Positions 21,801 through 32,011 are shown, counted from the first letter of the stretch. The stretch: DNA of 35,094 bases from Trichomonas gallinae (GCA_008369845.1 MRSU01004861.1:1-35094); one strand, 5' to 3'. Numbers and translations: made by a program. Notes: generated by a model from the letters alone, not told the origin.

Positions 21801-22810
21801 TCTGGCTTATAGTAGTTCTCGTTAGATGTAAATTTGGCAAAGCCATCAATCATAATATGATGGCCTGGATTTGGATCAGAAATATGGAAGTTTGTACCGC
21901 GGTAAACTATATTTCCTTTGTAGCATGTGTTTTCTGAATAAAGGATGTAGCTGTCCTCTAAATTTGACTGTTGGTTGTAATATTGGCGAGCCAGGAAGAA
22001 AATAGCGCCACCACCACGTCCTCTGAAGTGATATGATTCGTCAGACATAAGGTTCTTACCACTAAATGTGTTGGTGAATCTATATTTGTTATTAGTACCC
22101 GCGCCATTTCCAACATTATTGAACAAAAAGTCACAATCAAATGTCTTTAAGTTGGAATTTAACACCCAGCAGGCTCCACCAGCCAATTTAGCTGTATTCT
22201 TATAAAATTTGCATCCTTCCATATAAAATGACTCTGCAGCTGTGAGCGTCATGGCACCTCCTATATCACCTCCATTGTTTTGGTGGAAACTACACTGTTT
22301 AAGTGTGATTTCGTATTTATTTATCGGATTAAGCTTCTGGTTGCCTTGGAAATAAATAGCTCCTGCATATTTGTAGCCTCTGTTAGTTTCAAATCCGGCC
22401 TTTTCGATGAAAACATTGGAGTAGAGGGCAGATATGCCACCACCAACAGCAGCTTTACAATCTTTCATGAAAGGTTGGTTAATATTTGTTGCTGTAATAG
22501 AAAGTGTTGTTCCAAAGCAGAAAATAGCACCACCATTGCCTGTACTGTAACCTGCGCCAAAAGCATACATTTCTGTGAAAGTTGTATCAGTAATTGAAAG
22601 GGAACAAGCAAAGAACTCAAGGTTCTCACGTTTTGTGGTTGAGTATGATTTACTATTGAGTGTGATGTCTGCATTGCAACGAGAATCAAGTTCTGTTTCA
22701 TTGTAGGCATCTTCTAATAGATTAACTTGGAACTCAGGAACATCTTCTCTTTGCAAATTTGGCAACTGCGAGTTGAATGAAAGGACAAAAGATGTCAAAA
22801 GGAAAAACAT
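18836..22810 (-). CDS. Pmp-like (polymorphic membrane protein) type I surface protein with Thr-rich stalk
   Basis: Probable start MFFLLTSFVLS at 22810 (signal-like); repeated GGAI/FxxN motifs; Thr-rich region; Pro linker; TM segment IIIAAVVSALVAIAIIALLVWFFV; tail NDNPLW...DDPFRNDFEE. Confidence 0.88.
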   Translation of the reverse strand: MFFLLTSFVLSFNSQLPNLQREDVPEFQVNLLEDAYNETELDSRCNADITLNSKSYSTTKRENLEFFACSLSITDTTFTEMYAFGAGYSTGNGGAIFCFGTTLSITATNINQPFMKDCKAAVGGGISALYSNVFIEKAGFETNRGYKYAGAIYFQGNQKLNPINKYEITLKQCSFHQNNGGDIGGAMTLTAAESFYMEGCKFYKNTAKLAGGACWVLNSNLKTFDCDFLFNNVGNGAGTNNKYRFTNTFSGKNLMSDESYHFRGRGGGAIFFLARQYYNQQSNLEDSYILYSENTCYKGNIVYRGTNFHISDPNPGHHIMIDGFAKFTSNENYYKPEMENKGYSKVSREWENATVIEMLTKPKENDDICKDDDDNDDFPDNYPTPISISYPPSSRSTEPKPQNPSPSAYTYVATPITRLPNPTTKSKVTFPTTKTYTHPSTRPTKDVPINSFTIPAATQNPYITKSTYQYTETTTDSYTTISYSEHTTNLKNTITVLYTQVTGYTQAVNDHTTTIVKTSSYSPIVTSIGDEAVTKIFIPFKTLTTYKLTRNAIDINIETSFYAPSWATNTAGSVPTAIETNIRVPVFTEATKCDSNNQMFTLSKNTVMLTNANGRLSYTTTDHYMLDNKPQCNQNKYYTILKFDFLTTKTVTQSISFVNTFTAASSVFSTGTIDSSTPTQQAPDLTTTQISTYSFTNSDTYIYVTSEFVDTKESHYMVTVVYTESLFNHYTKSNNNAIMTYIKSLTFIETAIDLQKNAKTTVGVLSSTKTNVITVITTKTDTFIGKYAEYKISQTESSTAANYGKCLTEVMTTDANYNNYPKVSEINTLSTIFTSTFTKIAYKNNPIFTYTFTEAQTATAIMTSIYYNTYLIATETDCNNAAIAAKTTTSTITYEVKDIILHLTPDPTTALYTYTETKTLSEIYTDTTAPSFTSKHSCYSKAEKFVPTLLTVFDYTFTQNGATRTYMKTNFITIGISDIKTDTCLDVPIITYVSGSTYAVSSSVVIGTRYTKTQIANYTNTNIFEPTRSECAYHTLSNPVQVYLDLKAPLYTFYTNVFVRTSTFISGTWITNTYTWSPSISFSVATANMQTIIVTASTCVAGDVPNEKATQNTMTIIIGDIPDPTPRPTAPPTPAQSPLPTASRKPGQKPSKIVTTFVTGAVTETIIYTTSYTKISTENDGTGTWIQTATEIATSAQTTIWTYIVGESEVFGIGEGEVIPVKNNKSIIIAAVVSALVAIAIIALLVWFFVGYSKSSSSSDSVVEMDEETVLHVPDSTSAPITNDNPLWTTSVMGDTDDPFRNDFEEVAAQGFFNERAETVDSDP

Positions 22811-25002
22811 AAACAAGAAAAAAAAATTTAGTTTGTTTACAAGTACAGAAATAACTGTTTTTGATTTTAAAACACCATATATCATACAATATGTAAAATA
22901 AAATAGATTTTGGCAAATTTAAGGGGGAGGAATAACTCACAAAATTTGAATAGTGTCTTCCCCATGACTTCTTTTTCCGCCAAATAAGAATGTTATTTAT
23001 ATTGTCATGTGAATAAGATTTAATCCGAAAAACTGTGAAAAATGAATTTTGTTATTAATTAAAGATCTATGTAGCATATTAAATTTGGCAATTAAAACAA
23101 TAAAGAAAAAGACATTTAACGGTAATTTGAAAATAGCGAATCACAATTATTGGAAAATTCGGTGTTTGTATATCTGTGATATAAATATAGATCGAGCTTG
23201 AACTGGAACGAATCGATTTGAATATTTTTTATGAAACTCTATAAATTTCCAAATCGCATAAAACGGAGTTGAGTTTATACTCGTGAAAAATTTAGTAGTA
23301 AATCATCAATGGTTGATGTGGATTGAGTTCTAAGCAATAATCAAAGAGAGATAAAAATTTATAACGTAACAAATGATTATCAATCAAAATCTTAAACATA
23401 TAATAATACATGCATAATATAAACCATTGCCAATTCATCAAGTCGTTATTTTGAAAAATACCCAGATTGAAGAATTTAAGAGGCAATTTGAATTCAAATG
23501 ATAATATCTCTTAATTTATAACTTGAAATAAGTATTTGTTACACTATATTATGTAAAATTATCACTTATTAATCTTGCAAATTCAAAATTAATGCAATAA
23601 GCATTAATCAATGATCAAAATGTTTGGAACATTGGCTTATATGGTCGATATATCAATGAGTGGTTGTTTTTAAAGAATTTTTTGGAATAAATTTTTCAGG
23701 AATTTGTTTGGTTTGTTAATTTTGAGCTAGAGTGTAATATATGGATTTACTTCACACTTATCTATAAGTAGACATAAAACAATTTCGTATTTTTTGAACG
23801 AAAATGTAGATTCGATAATATTACAAGTACACACACGATTTAATCATGATATGAGATGTCTTTGAAATCATCATAGTAATTTGCATCAATAAATCATAAC
23901 CTCTTGATTTAAACAAGTTACGAGTTTGAAAATGTTTTCTTGTGAATAAAAATGAAATGTTTTTCAATGCATTAACGTAATCAATGGAATCATTTCAGAC
24001 TATTGTTGCAGATATATGTTAAATGATGCTGTTTTAAAAGATATATATTAAAGCAATAGCTCATGAACATATCGATGGCATGCATAATGATGATATTTAT
24101 GTAATAGTTATGTTTCTTAATTGTTTGCATGAAGCCTGGAATCTATAGTCTCAGGAATGATAATATTGACATAAGAAATATTGTTAATTGATCAAAGATT
24201 TAAGGGAAATGCTGACATGCAATGACAAAATAAAGCGTTCGTGAGAGCGACTGGTAAGAAATCACGCTGATATATGCAAAAAAATTCACCAAAAAATTGT
24301 CGGATTCAATCGTTTTGAATATTGTTAAACAGCTATAATAAATCACATATGCAAAAATTGAAATTGAAATGTACCTAAAATTTTCGAAAAAGTTACGGGC
24401 GGGGTTCATCAGAATATCACTAAAATTAAAACATTGATGTTAATAATAATATTTTCATTTTCAAAACTATTCAAAATTGAAAGGAGAAAATTATCGAGTG
24501 AAAAAGTGACCTATTTTCAATTTGCATCGTTTTTAAATGTAAAAATAGCTCTTAAAATGAATAATACCAAATCTCAAAACATACGATATATTTTTTTTTA
24601 AATATATAGCATAATTTTACGCAAAATTATCATTAAATCATATCACTATTATATATTTTATCAATGTTTATCTCAAATGCGTTTATTTTTTGAAAAATCA
24701 AAAACAGGATTTTCCAGCCAGAATGTATATAAAACTCCAATGTTTTTACAAATTAATATTTTGTTACAAAAGTGACTAAATTTGATAACTGTTTGTTGTT
24801 CGATAACATACACATTATTAATCATATTATCAGATATTTGATCAATAAATAATTTCGATTCAATTTTTTGAAACAAAAGTGACTAAATTTGTAAAACTTA
24901 AATTCTCCATTTAATATGAATATTCTCGTGATTTAATATATAAATCTGTAATTTAATCAAAAATTAATTTTTATATGAAGACGATGATAAAAAAATTTAT
25001 TT

Positions 25003-25012
25003 TCATTTCACT
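25003..25012 (+). promoter_or_regulatory. Tandem initiator (Inr) elements of the threonine dehydratase gene
   Basis: TCATT-TCACT immediately before ATG 25015 matches the trichomonad TCAYT initiator. Confidence 0.7.
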
Positions 25013-25014
25013 CA

Positions 25015-26271
25015 ATGGAATCTGGAAAATACTGCATCACTATGGCCGACATTTTGGCCGCGAAAGAGCGCATCAAGGATCATGCCATTGTTACACCATG
25101 CTTTGACAGTGATAACATAGGACATATTGCTGGAGCCCAAATTTATTTCAAGCTTGAAACCATGCAGAGATGCAAGGCCTTCAAGTTCAGGGGTGCTCTC
25201 AACAAGCTTAGAACAATCCCAGAAGGCTCAACCGTTTGCGCCGTTTCTGCCGGAAATCACTCTCAAGGTGTTGCTCTCGCCGCTTCTCTTTGCAATTGCA
25301 AGGCTACAATCTTCATGCCAGAGAACGCTCCATCAGCTAAGGTAAAAGCTACACAGCACTATGGAGGCACTGTCATTCAAACTGGTGCATCTTTCGACGA
25401 CGCCAAGAATGAAATGTTCAAGGCCTTAGAGCAGCACAAGGACTGGATTTTCGTCCCACCGTATAATGATCGCGAAATTATCGCAGGAACAGGTACAATC
25501 GGTCTTGAAATCGCCGAGCAGCTTCCAAAGGTTGAAACCGTCGTCGTCCCAATCGGTGGTGGTGGCCTTATTTCTGGTGTCGCGTACGCAATCAAGACAC
25601 TCAAGCCAAAAGTCCGCGTTGTTGGTGTCCAGATGGCTTCTTGCCCAGCAACATACAAGATCTACAACCAGAACAAGAACAAGGCTATCGAAGGTATCAG
25701 ACACGAAACTTTGACACCTCTCGCTGATGGTATCGCTGTTAAATCTCCAGGTGATCTCAACCTCGCCATCATCAACGATTTAGTTGATGAAATCGTCATT
25801 GTCTCTGAAGATGAAGTCGCTATGGCTGTCGCCCTCATGGCAGAGCGTGCCAAGGTCATCTCAGAAGGTGCCGGTGCTACACCACTCGCTGCTGTTCTTT
25901 CTAAGAAGTTCCAGTACAAACCAAACGAAGTCATCTGCTGTGTCGTCAGTGGTGGCAACATCCCACTCAGAATGCTCTCAAGGTGCATCGACAGAGCCCT
26001 CTTCCTCAGGCAGAACAGAGTCTCAGTCTCTGTCATCGTTCCATACGGCACAATCCACTTCGCTAAGCTCTTGAACGTCATCGCTAAAATGAGGGCTGAG
26101 GTCGTCTCATGTATGTCCGCGCCTCATGTTGATACTGTCGCAAACAAAGAACAATATATTATCATTATCGACGTCGATGGCCCAGATATGCTCCAAGACA
26201 TCAAGACAGAGTGCGAAAACAACGGTTGGGTATTCAATATACAGGGCTGCGAAGCTTATGGTTCTGATTAA
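25015..26271 (+). CDS. Threonine dehydratase (PLP-dependent) with C-terminal ACT-like domain
   Basis: AFKFRGA (Schiff-base Lys), SAGNHSQG, PIGGGGLISG, LADGIAV, EGAGA, SGGN. Confidence 0.95.
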   Translation: MESGKYCITMADILAAKERIKDHAIVTPCFDSDNIGHIAGAQIYFKLETMQRCKAFKFRGALNKLRTIPEGSTVCAVSAGNHSQGVALAASLCNCKATIFMPENAPSAKVKATQHYGGTVIQTGASFDDAKNEMFKALEQHKDWIFVPPYNDREIIAGTGTIGLEIAEQLPKVETVVVPIGGGGLISGVAYAIKTLKPKVRVVGVQMASCPATYKIYNQNKNKAIEGIRHETLTPLADGIAVKSPGDLNLAIINDLVDEIVIVSEDEVAMAVALMAERAKVISEGAGATPLAAVLSKKFQYKPNEVICCVVSGGNIPLRMLSRCIDRALFLRQNRVSVSVIVPYGTIHFAKLLNVIAKMRAEVVSCMSAPHVDTVANKEQYIIIIDVDGPDMLQDIKTECENNGWVFNIQGCEAYGSD

Positions 26272-26751
26272 GCTTTCTTTCAAATAATTTTAGTAAATTC
26301 TCTACCTTATTTCTCATTAATGATTCGACATTTATACGGTTCTGCACTATATACAAATCATTATCAAATTTTCAATTCTCAAAAATATGCGTATGGAATC
26401 TTTTAAGAAAACTCGATTTTGACATATGCGTCATGTAATACCATTGGTGTGTATTCGAATGCAAATAAGTTTTGATCGCTCTTAAAAAAAAATTTGTGCA
26501 CAAATTTAATCTTGAAAAAAGAGCTATGTATTTTATGTACTCGAATTTGTATCCATCGTAACAATAAACATTTTGAAGTAATTTTGCAATAATAATGAAT
26601 TTTTAAAATACAAAAATAATATTTTCTAAATCCAATTCAGATATTAATAAAATAGATTTGATGATAGATGTAATGTAGAGAACGCTAATTTCGAATCCAT
26701 TTTTAGGCAATATTATAAAAAAAATTATAATTTACTAAAGAAAAGACTTTT

Positions 26752-27657
26752 TTACTCTTTGCGTTCCAAATTCATGGAATCTGGCTTGAAGCGCAAGAAT
26801 TCAACTTTCAGGCGCTTATAGTATTTCTTTCCGTTCTCATCTGTCAGAACAGCCCTAACATAGTGCTCGACCTTCAGAGGAGATTTTGAAAAATCTTCAA
26901 ATGGATACAAATTTGCTTCACCGAGGAAGAATCTGATTGGAATGTGGTCACCGCGGCATGGCGCACCATCCATAATTTCGATTGTCTTTAGCTCTGTCTT
27001 CTTCTTCAAGTAGAAGTCATCACTCTGAAATGTTTCCTGGCGATATAAAGTAAGTGCCATGTGAACAATACGCAATTTAATAAGGATGAAGTAACATGCA
27101 CCAACGAGTGCATCTGTGCAATCGATTGCTGGTGATGGGAAGACGAATTCGATGTGAAGAACATTTCGAATGCCGACTTCGTTGTGAATTGGCTGAGTTT
27201 CTGGCAGCCTTTGCTTGAAGAGCAGGGCTGTGAACTGCTGCTCAACCTTGAAATCAATAACGCGATGAACAACTAAGACTTGGACAGAATAAACCACGTT
27301 AATCGCAGTGCCTTTGAATGTCGAACATGGGAATTTAACATTATCGAATGAATAATCTTGCTTAATAGGAATCCTTAGTTCGCCCTCAGGAACAAGTTCT
27401 TGACGCTTTGTAAGAAATCTTCCAACTGATTCACCATGGTCAGCGCGTCTGAATTCTCCGATAAGGAGAAGTATGATGCCTTTGTGAGAAACAGCTTTAC
27501 CAGGTGGTGGAATGATTTCTAGCTTTCCGGAGATTTTATCGCCATCAGTAAAACAAGGCAAATCAGTTTTAAGCACACTATCCCTATAAGGGTTGAGACT
27601 CTCGTTGCCGTTAATAGTGATAGTGACTGTTGGATCGGGGCTAAAGAATCCAAACAT
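26752..27657 (-). CDS. VPS26: Retromer subunit Vps26
   Basis: HNEVGIRNVLHIEF, GACYFILIKLRIVHM, EIMDGAPCRGDHIPIRFFL, DENGKKYYK. Confidence 0.93.
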   Translation of the reverse strand: MFGFFSPDPTVTITINGNESLNPYRDSVLKTDLPCFTDGDKISGKLEIIPPPGKAVSHKGIILLLIGEFRRADHGESVGRFLTKRQELVPEGELRIPIKQDYSFDNVKFPCSTFKGTAINVVYSVQVLVVHRVIDFKVEQQFTALLFKQRLPETQPIHNEVGIRNVLHIEFVFPSPAIDCTDALVGACYFILIKLRIVHMALTLYRQETFQSDDFYLKKKTELKTIEIMDGAPCRGDHIPIRFFLGEANLYPFEDFSKSPLKVEHYVRAVLTDENGKKYYKRLKVEFLRFKPDSMNLERKE

Positions 27658-27710
27658 TCAGAAATGGATTTAGCGTCAAAACCGGCAGCATGTTATCGTC
27701 CTTCCCTTCT

Positions 27711-27717
27711 AACCGCT
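27711..27717 (-). promoter_or_regulatory. M3-like core promoter motif upstream of VPS26
   Basis: AGCGGTT on the minus strand about 55 nt before the ATG. Confidence 0.45.
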
Positions 27718-28684
27718 TTTCGTTTTTTTTGGCTGCCTTTATTAGAGGTGTGGATGGACGCCTGATTCCGTCATTTCAATTTCAGTTCAGAAATATTTAC
27801 AAAATAATATCGAAATTTATAAAATTGCTATTTTTGGGATGAATCATATGCTACATAATAAATATCGCTTTGTACAGATTAGTTGTATAGTTCATGGATG
27901 AAGAAAACCATCACATAATGAAAAAAAATCGAAAAATGAAAAATATAACGTTTTGAATTGAAAATGATCGTTTATGTCACTTTTGGTGATAATTCGAAAT
28001 TGATAAACTTGTTATTATGATGCTAATTAATAGATCAAATTAACTCTTTACGTGTATATATTTCATATTTTTACTTCTTATTTATCGAAAATCATTAGAA
28101 AAAGAGAAAAAAGTGAAAAATGATATTTATTGTTTTGAATGGAAAATAATCGTTTATTGTCACTTTTGTCCTCATTAGAAAATGGTTTTTTCATATAAAT
28201 AAATCATTAAAATAATAAGATAATATAATTACATTTATATAGACCATGTTGAAAAAAAATCATTAGGAAAAACATATATAACTCCCATAAAAAGAATGAA
28301 TTCTATTTAGATTTTGATTTAATATGAATTATATTGATGTAGATACAAAGGAATTGCATACACATAAACATAAAATAACATTTTGTCTAATAAATATATT
28401 TGGTTTTCATATTATAATCATTTTCAATTTAACTTGTTAGTGAAACTATTAGACAACTGAAACATTATTGTATTCAATGATTTAGAAAACAAGTAGATCA
28501 ATTGATATGGCATAGTAAAATATCACAGAAGTAAAATATACAAAGAGATATTAAATATCAAAAAAATCGCAATAAATTTTGGAATGTTTGAAAGAAAATG
28601 GCACAATATTCTTTTAAAAATGATTTTTAAAATGAAACCTGTCCAAGCATCAAAGAATTTTAGAAAAAAAACGTATTTGCAAGA

Positions 28685-31477
28685 ATGGATAAAGGAGAGG
28701 GGAAAGGAATGCCAACTTTTGAGTCAGAAGGCGATCTTCATGAAGAGATCGCCATTATGCTTGAAGGTATTCAGAGAGATGCCGAAGGATCCCCGGAACT
28801 CCAGAGATACATAACAGGAATCAATGATATGTACAGATTATTCGATAACACATATAAGAAAAATGTAGAACTTCTGCAGAAATGTCAAGAATATACTGCA
28901 AATGTTGTACTTAACGCTTCGAAAATTAAAGCAATTTTAAATGCGACGCTAAATAACAAAGACAACCTTGATGACTTGAAAGTAAAATACGAAGAGGCAA
29001 CAACAATAATAAAACAAATCCATGAATCCGAAGAAAAATCAAAATCTTATATCGTTACATTGAGAAATACTGTTACACAACTATCGGAACAGGTGCATCA
29101 TGGTGCAGCTTTTTCGTATGGTGATGAAAATTCGCTCGCTGAAATCTCCGAGGAAGTGAAAAAATTAAAACAAGAGAAAGAGAAGGATTCAAACACAATT
29201 AAAGACCTAGAATCACAAATACAGGATAATAACAATGCAATAAAGCAAATAAATTCGGAAATTGACAACTTATCAATGACGGAGCAAAATCTCGGTAAAT
29301 CTTTATCAACAATCGAAGCAAATCTCGAAGAATTGAATAGCGTAGTTACATCTACATCAGACGAAATCATGAGGCTAAAACCAATCAACCATCAAGCAAA
29401 AATCGATTTCGGAAATGGAAAGCATCGGAAAATACAATTTCAATCGTCAAACACAGATCTTAAGAATAGAAGATACGAAAGCTTCATGTCCCTCAGTGTT
29501 TTAAGAGATAAATTGCACGTAACAAAAGATAATATTTTAACGAGATCGAAATTATTAACAGAACTGCGAAATAAGTCAAGTAACAGACACGAAGAATGTT
29601 TGCATGCGAAAGAAAGGATAGATAAGAGCCAAGAAGAGATCAATTACCTTCAAAATCAATACGATAAAATTGTCGATGAGACAGAAAACACGCAAATAGA
29701 ATATGATGCAGTAATTCATGAATCCCAGGAGATAGCAGCCAAGAAAGGTGAAGTAAGAAGGCAGTCGAGGCAATTAAGATCAAATCTCATTGATAAATCT
29801 TTTAACGTCGCTAAGAGCCAAAACGACATCTCGCAAACCGAAAGGAAGAACATATCTATAATAATGGGCATCGAAACAGAGAAGAAAAACATCTTTGAAG
29901 AAAAATTAAATACGCACGAAGTCAAAGAACAAGGTAAAAACATTAGATCTGAGACAGTCTTCTTGAAGGAAGACCTTCAGAAGTTGAAAGAAAACATTTT
30001 GACACTTTTCGATGAAGTCGATCAGCAAAGAAGTTTAACAATGCAGTTTGAAGCTAAAGCGCAGATGTCTATTGACGTAAACAGCCAAATTCTCGCTCAG
30101 AGCAAAGTGCATCAGGAAGAACTCGATGAATACAACCAAAAACAGCTGCATCAAAATGATTTGAGCGACCAACTGAGAAAAGAGAGGAATGACTTGAAGA
30201 GAAAACTCGTTGCTGTATCTAACGAGAATGACAATCTCATAGAGCAGATACAAATACTTGGAAACGAAATAAATCAATGTAAAACGGACGCGAAAGTTTT
30301 CACAGATAATATTATAGATGATCATTTACAAAGTCGTCTAACGCAAGCAGAAAATGATGATATTGAGAAAATAATAGAAAGGTTGCGCAATGACACACTT
30401 GCTGTAGAGAGGATCATCAGCAGATTGCAAACGCAGCGCCAAACATTGGATTTCATTTTGACGGAAGCTGAACATGATAAGCTGCAGATTAAAAAAGAAG
30501 CAGCAACTTCAACAGGAAACATAGAGTTATCAAGGAAAGCCATCCATGATAGAGAAGTAAAGATAGACGAGATACGCTCAGAGATATTAACTCTTGAAAG
30601 ACACATAAATAAATCGAGAGAAGTATATATGCAAAAACTCAACCAGTTGGTCGAATCAAGGAAAGAACTTGATTCTCTTGACGCGCGCACTAAGCAGCTC
30701 CAAGAGCGCAGAGACAAAGTGAATCAGAGAAAATACGAACTTAGACAGATACAAACTGATTTGCTGCTCGAACGCCAGAAGTATAGTGCACTTCTTCACG
30801 AGTTTTCGGTCCCGAGAAACGTCCACAGATGGGAAGTCATCGCTGCCGTTGATCCTCAGTACGCGGCTAACCTGAGGTACAGGGCAGAAGTCACAGGCAA
30901 AATCGATCGCGCGCACTGCCTTTTGATCGATTTGAAGAAGCAGAAAGAAGATTTGACGAAAGAACTTCAAGCGCTTCAAAAGAAACTTAGTGAATGTCTC
31001 ACGAAAGATGAAGTGATGAAGAGAATCGAATTATACAAGGAAGACATAAAATCAAAGGATTTGCAAATGAAAGAGTTCCGCAACCAAGTGAATGGTAACC
31101 AGACAGAAATGTACAGATCGATTTCTTCGATAGATAATCTTAGAGGAAAGGTGACTGAAAAGAGAGGAATGACGGCTGTTATTCGCTCGCGATCAAACAT
31201 CGCTTCGATGAAGATGAATATGAACGCTCAAAATGATCCATGGTTCATCACACAAGGGCCTGCTCTTACTCCAACGTATGGTGGTGGATTTGTGGCCACA
31301 ACAGAACCTCAAAAGGAATCAAGAGATTTTGACTTGTCATCCGAACTATCTATAAAATCCACAGATCATCCGCAATCTTTCCGCACAAAGAAGACGCCGA
31401 TGATGGTGCCATCTATGAGGATAGCGAAGCCAAAAACGCCTCATGTAAAGTTAATTACGCCGCTTAATAAAATGTAA
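28685..31477 (+). CDS. Coiled-coil cilia/flagella protein, CFAP58/CCDC146 family-like
   Basis: 930-aa coiled coil with LLHEFSVPRNVHRWEVIAAVDP resembling the CFAP58 P.NVHRW...DP signature. Confidence 0.75.
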   Translation: MDKGEGKGMPTFESEGDLHEEIAIMLEGIQRDAEGSPELQRYITGINDMYRLFDNTYKKNVELLQKCQEYTANVVLNASKIKAILNATLNNKDNLDDLKVKYEEATTIIKQIHESEEKSKSYIVTLRNTVTQLSEQVHHGAAFSYGDENSLAEISEEVKKLKQEKEKDSNTIKDLESQIQDNNNAIKQINSEIDNLSMTEQNLGKSLSTIEANLEELNSVVTSTSDEIMRLKPINHQAKIDFGNGKHRKIQFQSSNTDLKNRRYESFMSLSVLRDKLHVTKDNILTRSKLLTELRNKSSNRHEECLHAKERIDKSQEEINYLQNQYDKIVDETENTQIEYDAVIHESQEIAAKKGEVRRQSRQLRSNLIDKSFNVAKSQNDISQTERKNISIIMGIETEKKNIFEEKLNTHEVKEQGKNIRSETVFLKEDLQKLKENILTLFDEVDQQRSLTMQFEAKAQMSIDVNSQILAQSKVHQEELDEYNQKQLHQNDLSDQLRKERNDLKRKLVAVSNENDNLIEQIQILGNEINQCKTDAKVFTDNIIDDHLQSRLTQAENDDIEKIIERLRNDTLAVERIISRLQTQRQTLDFILTEAEHDKLQIKKEAATSTGNIELSRKAIHDREVKIDEIRSEILTLERHINKSREVYMQKLNQLVESRKELDSLDARTKQLQERRDKVNQRKYELRQIQTDLLLERQKYSALLHEFSVPRNVHRWEVIAAVDPQYAANLRYRAEVTGKIDRAHCLLIDLKKQKEDLTKELQALQKKLSECLTKDEVMKRIELYKEDIKSKDLQMKEFRNQVNGNQTEMYRSISSIDNLRGKVTEKRGMTAVIRSRSNIASMKMNMNAQNDPWFITQGPALTPTYGGGFVATTEPQKESRDFDLSSELSIKSTDHPQSFRTKKTPMMVPSMRIAKPKTPHVKLITPLNKM

Positions 31478-31593
31478 GTATTGTTTTGTTTGATTATTAA
31501 TTGAAATTTAATTTTTAGTCTCATAATATTAATAGACAAATTCTCAGTATTGATAATATGTCTTATTAGCTTCTACAAAAGACTTTAAGAAAT

Positions 31594-31860
31594 TGACATC
31601 CTGAAGTTATCATATATCTCTTCGAAGCTCCATGAATAGATGTAAATGATATTTATGAACATGCAGCGTTGAGTTATGCAGCAAAGATAGTGCATAATGA
31701 TATCTCGATGCTAATGCAAATTCATAATTCAATGGATAATGAGTATAAGACAGCTTTGATTTTGGCTTCAAAATATGATCAACATGAAGTTGTCATGTAT
31801 ATGTCAAAAAACAAGTACATATCATTTATACATTCATCTATTTCATTTCTCAAGAAGTGA
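31594..31860 (+). pseudogene. Decayed ankyrin-repeat gene fragment
   Basis: In-frame *HPEVIIYLFEAP*IDVNDIYEHAALSYAAK...DNEYKTALILASKYDQHEVVMYM; TGA stops at 31594 and 31633; the TTG-initiated ORF call is only part of it. Confidence 0.7.
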
Positions 31861-32011
31861 ATTCATGTCATTTATTAGGAAATTGATTCAGATGGCTTAA
31901 ATACGTAACTTAATACTAAGATAATTTACATAACAAAATTTGATAATAAAAACATCCGCAAAAGTCTATAATATATCTAACACACAAAGCAAACAATAAT
32001 AATGCAATAAA

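Noticed and set aside
22811..22885. Upstream extension of the Pmp-like ORF
   Set aside because: AT-rich leader; MFFLL at 22810 is the typical signal-peptide start
23340..23665. Kinase-like scraps QREIKIY, YMHNIN, GTLAYM
   Set aside because: Spacing is wrong and HRD/DFG are absent; cannot support a pseudogene without BLASTX
27730..27750. TGCCTTTATTAGA resembles U5 snRNA loop I; nearby CTAACC and AGCGTCA resemble a telomerase template and U3 box B
   Set aside because: The invariant GCCUUUUAC is not matched, the template is too short, and the other U3 boxes are missing
31976..31990. TCTAACACACAAAG resembles the trichomonad intron 3' motif ACTAACACACAG
   Set aside because: Spacing to AG is wrong and there is no exon to join
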